DNA from: Burkholderiales bacterium
GTDB taxonomy: Bacteria; Patescibacteriota; Minisyncoccia; Phycocordibacterales; UBA9973
Assembly: GCA_023701005.1 (NCBI GenBank)
Contig: JAMPXW010000002.1
Coordinates: forward strand, 113,053-177,052
Length of the DNA stretch: 64,000 bases
Reading direction: 5' to 3'
The notes under the pieces are model-generated. The model was not told the origin of the DNA. It was given only the letters and a program-made list of their open reading frames with translations, and searched no databases. Below, one piece after another: positions 63,853-64,000 of this stretch (position 1 is the stretch's first letter; every line of letters starts with the position of its first letter). Made by a program: the position numbers and the translations under genes.

Positions 63853-64000
63853 TTATTCTTTGGCAGCTTCTAATTTTACTTGAACACTTTTTTCTATACC
63901 TTTATGTAATATTCTTAAAGTTACGACACTCCCTATTATCTTTTGTCTGATAACAGAAGCCAAAGTTGTATTAGAATCTAATTTAACTCCATCTACTTCA
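63853..64000 (-). CDS. C-terminal PDZ domain of a probable HtrA/DegP-type protease (partial)
   Basis: EVDGVKLD...LASVIRQKIIGSVVTLRILHKGIEKSVQVKL, then stop. Confidence 0.7.
   Translation of the reverse strand, partial: EVDGVKLDSNTTLASVIRQKIIGSVVTLRILHKGIEKSVQVKLEAAKE

Overview
AT-rich 64 kb chromosomal segment of a Patescibacteria/CPR bacterium. It is most consistent with Parcubacteria, probably Ca. Nomurabacteria-like; this is inferred from the short AlaRS, IF2 and S1 forms, the VirB2-like pilin array, the Cys-rich repeat protein and the 16S sequence. Core genes include alaS, mnmA, mltG, typA, clpB, infB, rbfA, gyrA, rpsA, murC/D/E, secA, secG and rnj, plus five tRNAs and a stand-alone 16S rRNA gene. 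No CRISPR array, transposase, integrase or reverse transcriptase was seen. Main signals: (i) a family of ~100-bp hairpin elements with copy-specific arms but conserved core and bulge geometry, one copy read in frame inside mnmA; (ii) two families of short palindromes inserted in frame in mnmA, a cysteine desulfurase and murD; (iii) a 16S 3' end lacking the anti-Shine-Dalgarno sequence, while the orphan accessory genes carry SD motifs; (iv) an att-like scar at tRNA-Tyr that retains a possible recombinase tail; (v) a fibre-like gene bracketed by a duplicated terminator; (vi) a six-gene MazG/NUDIX/deaminase cluster; (vii) five tandem VirB2/TrbC-like pilins. All calls were made by eye; no database searches were run.
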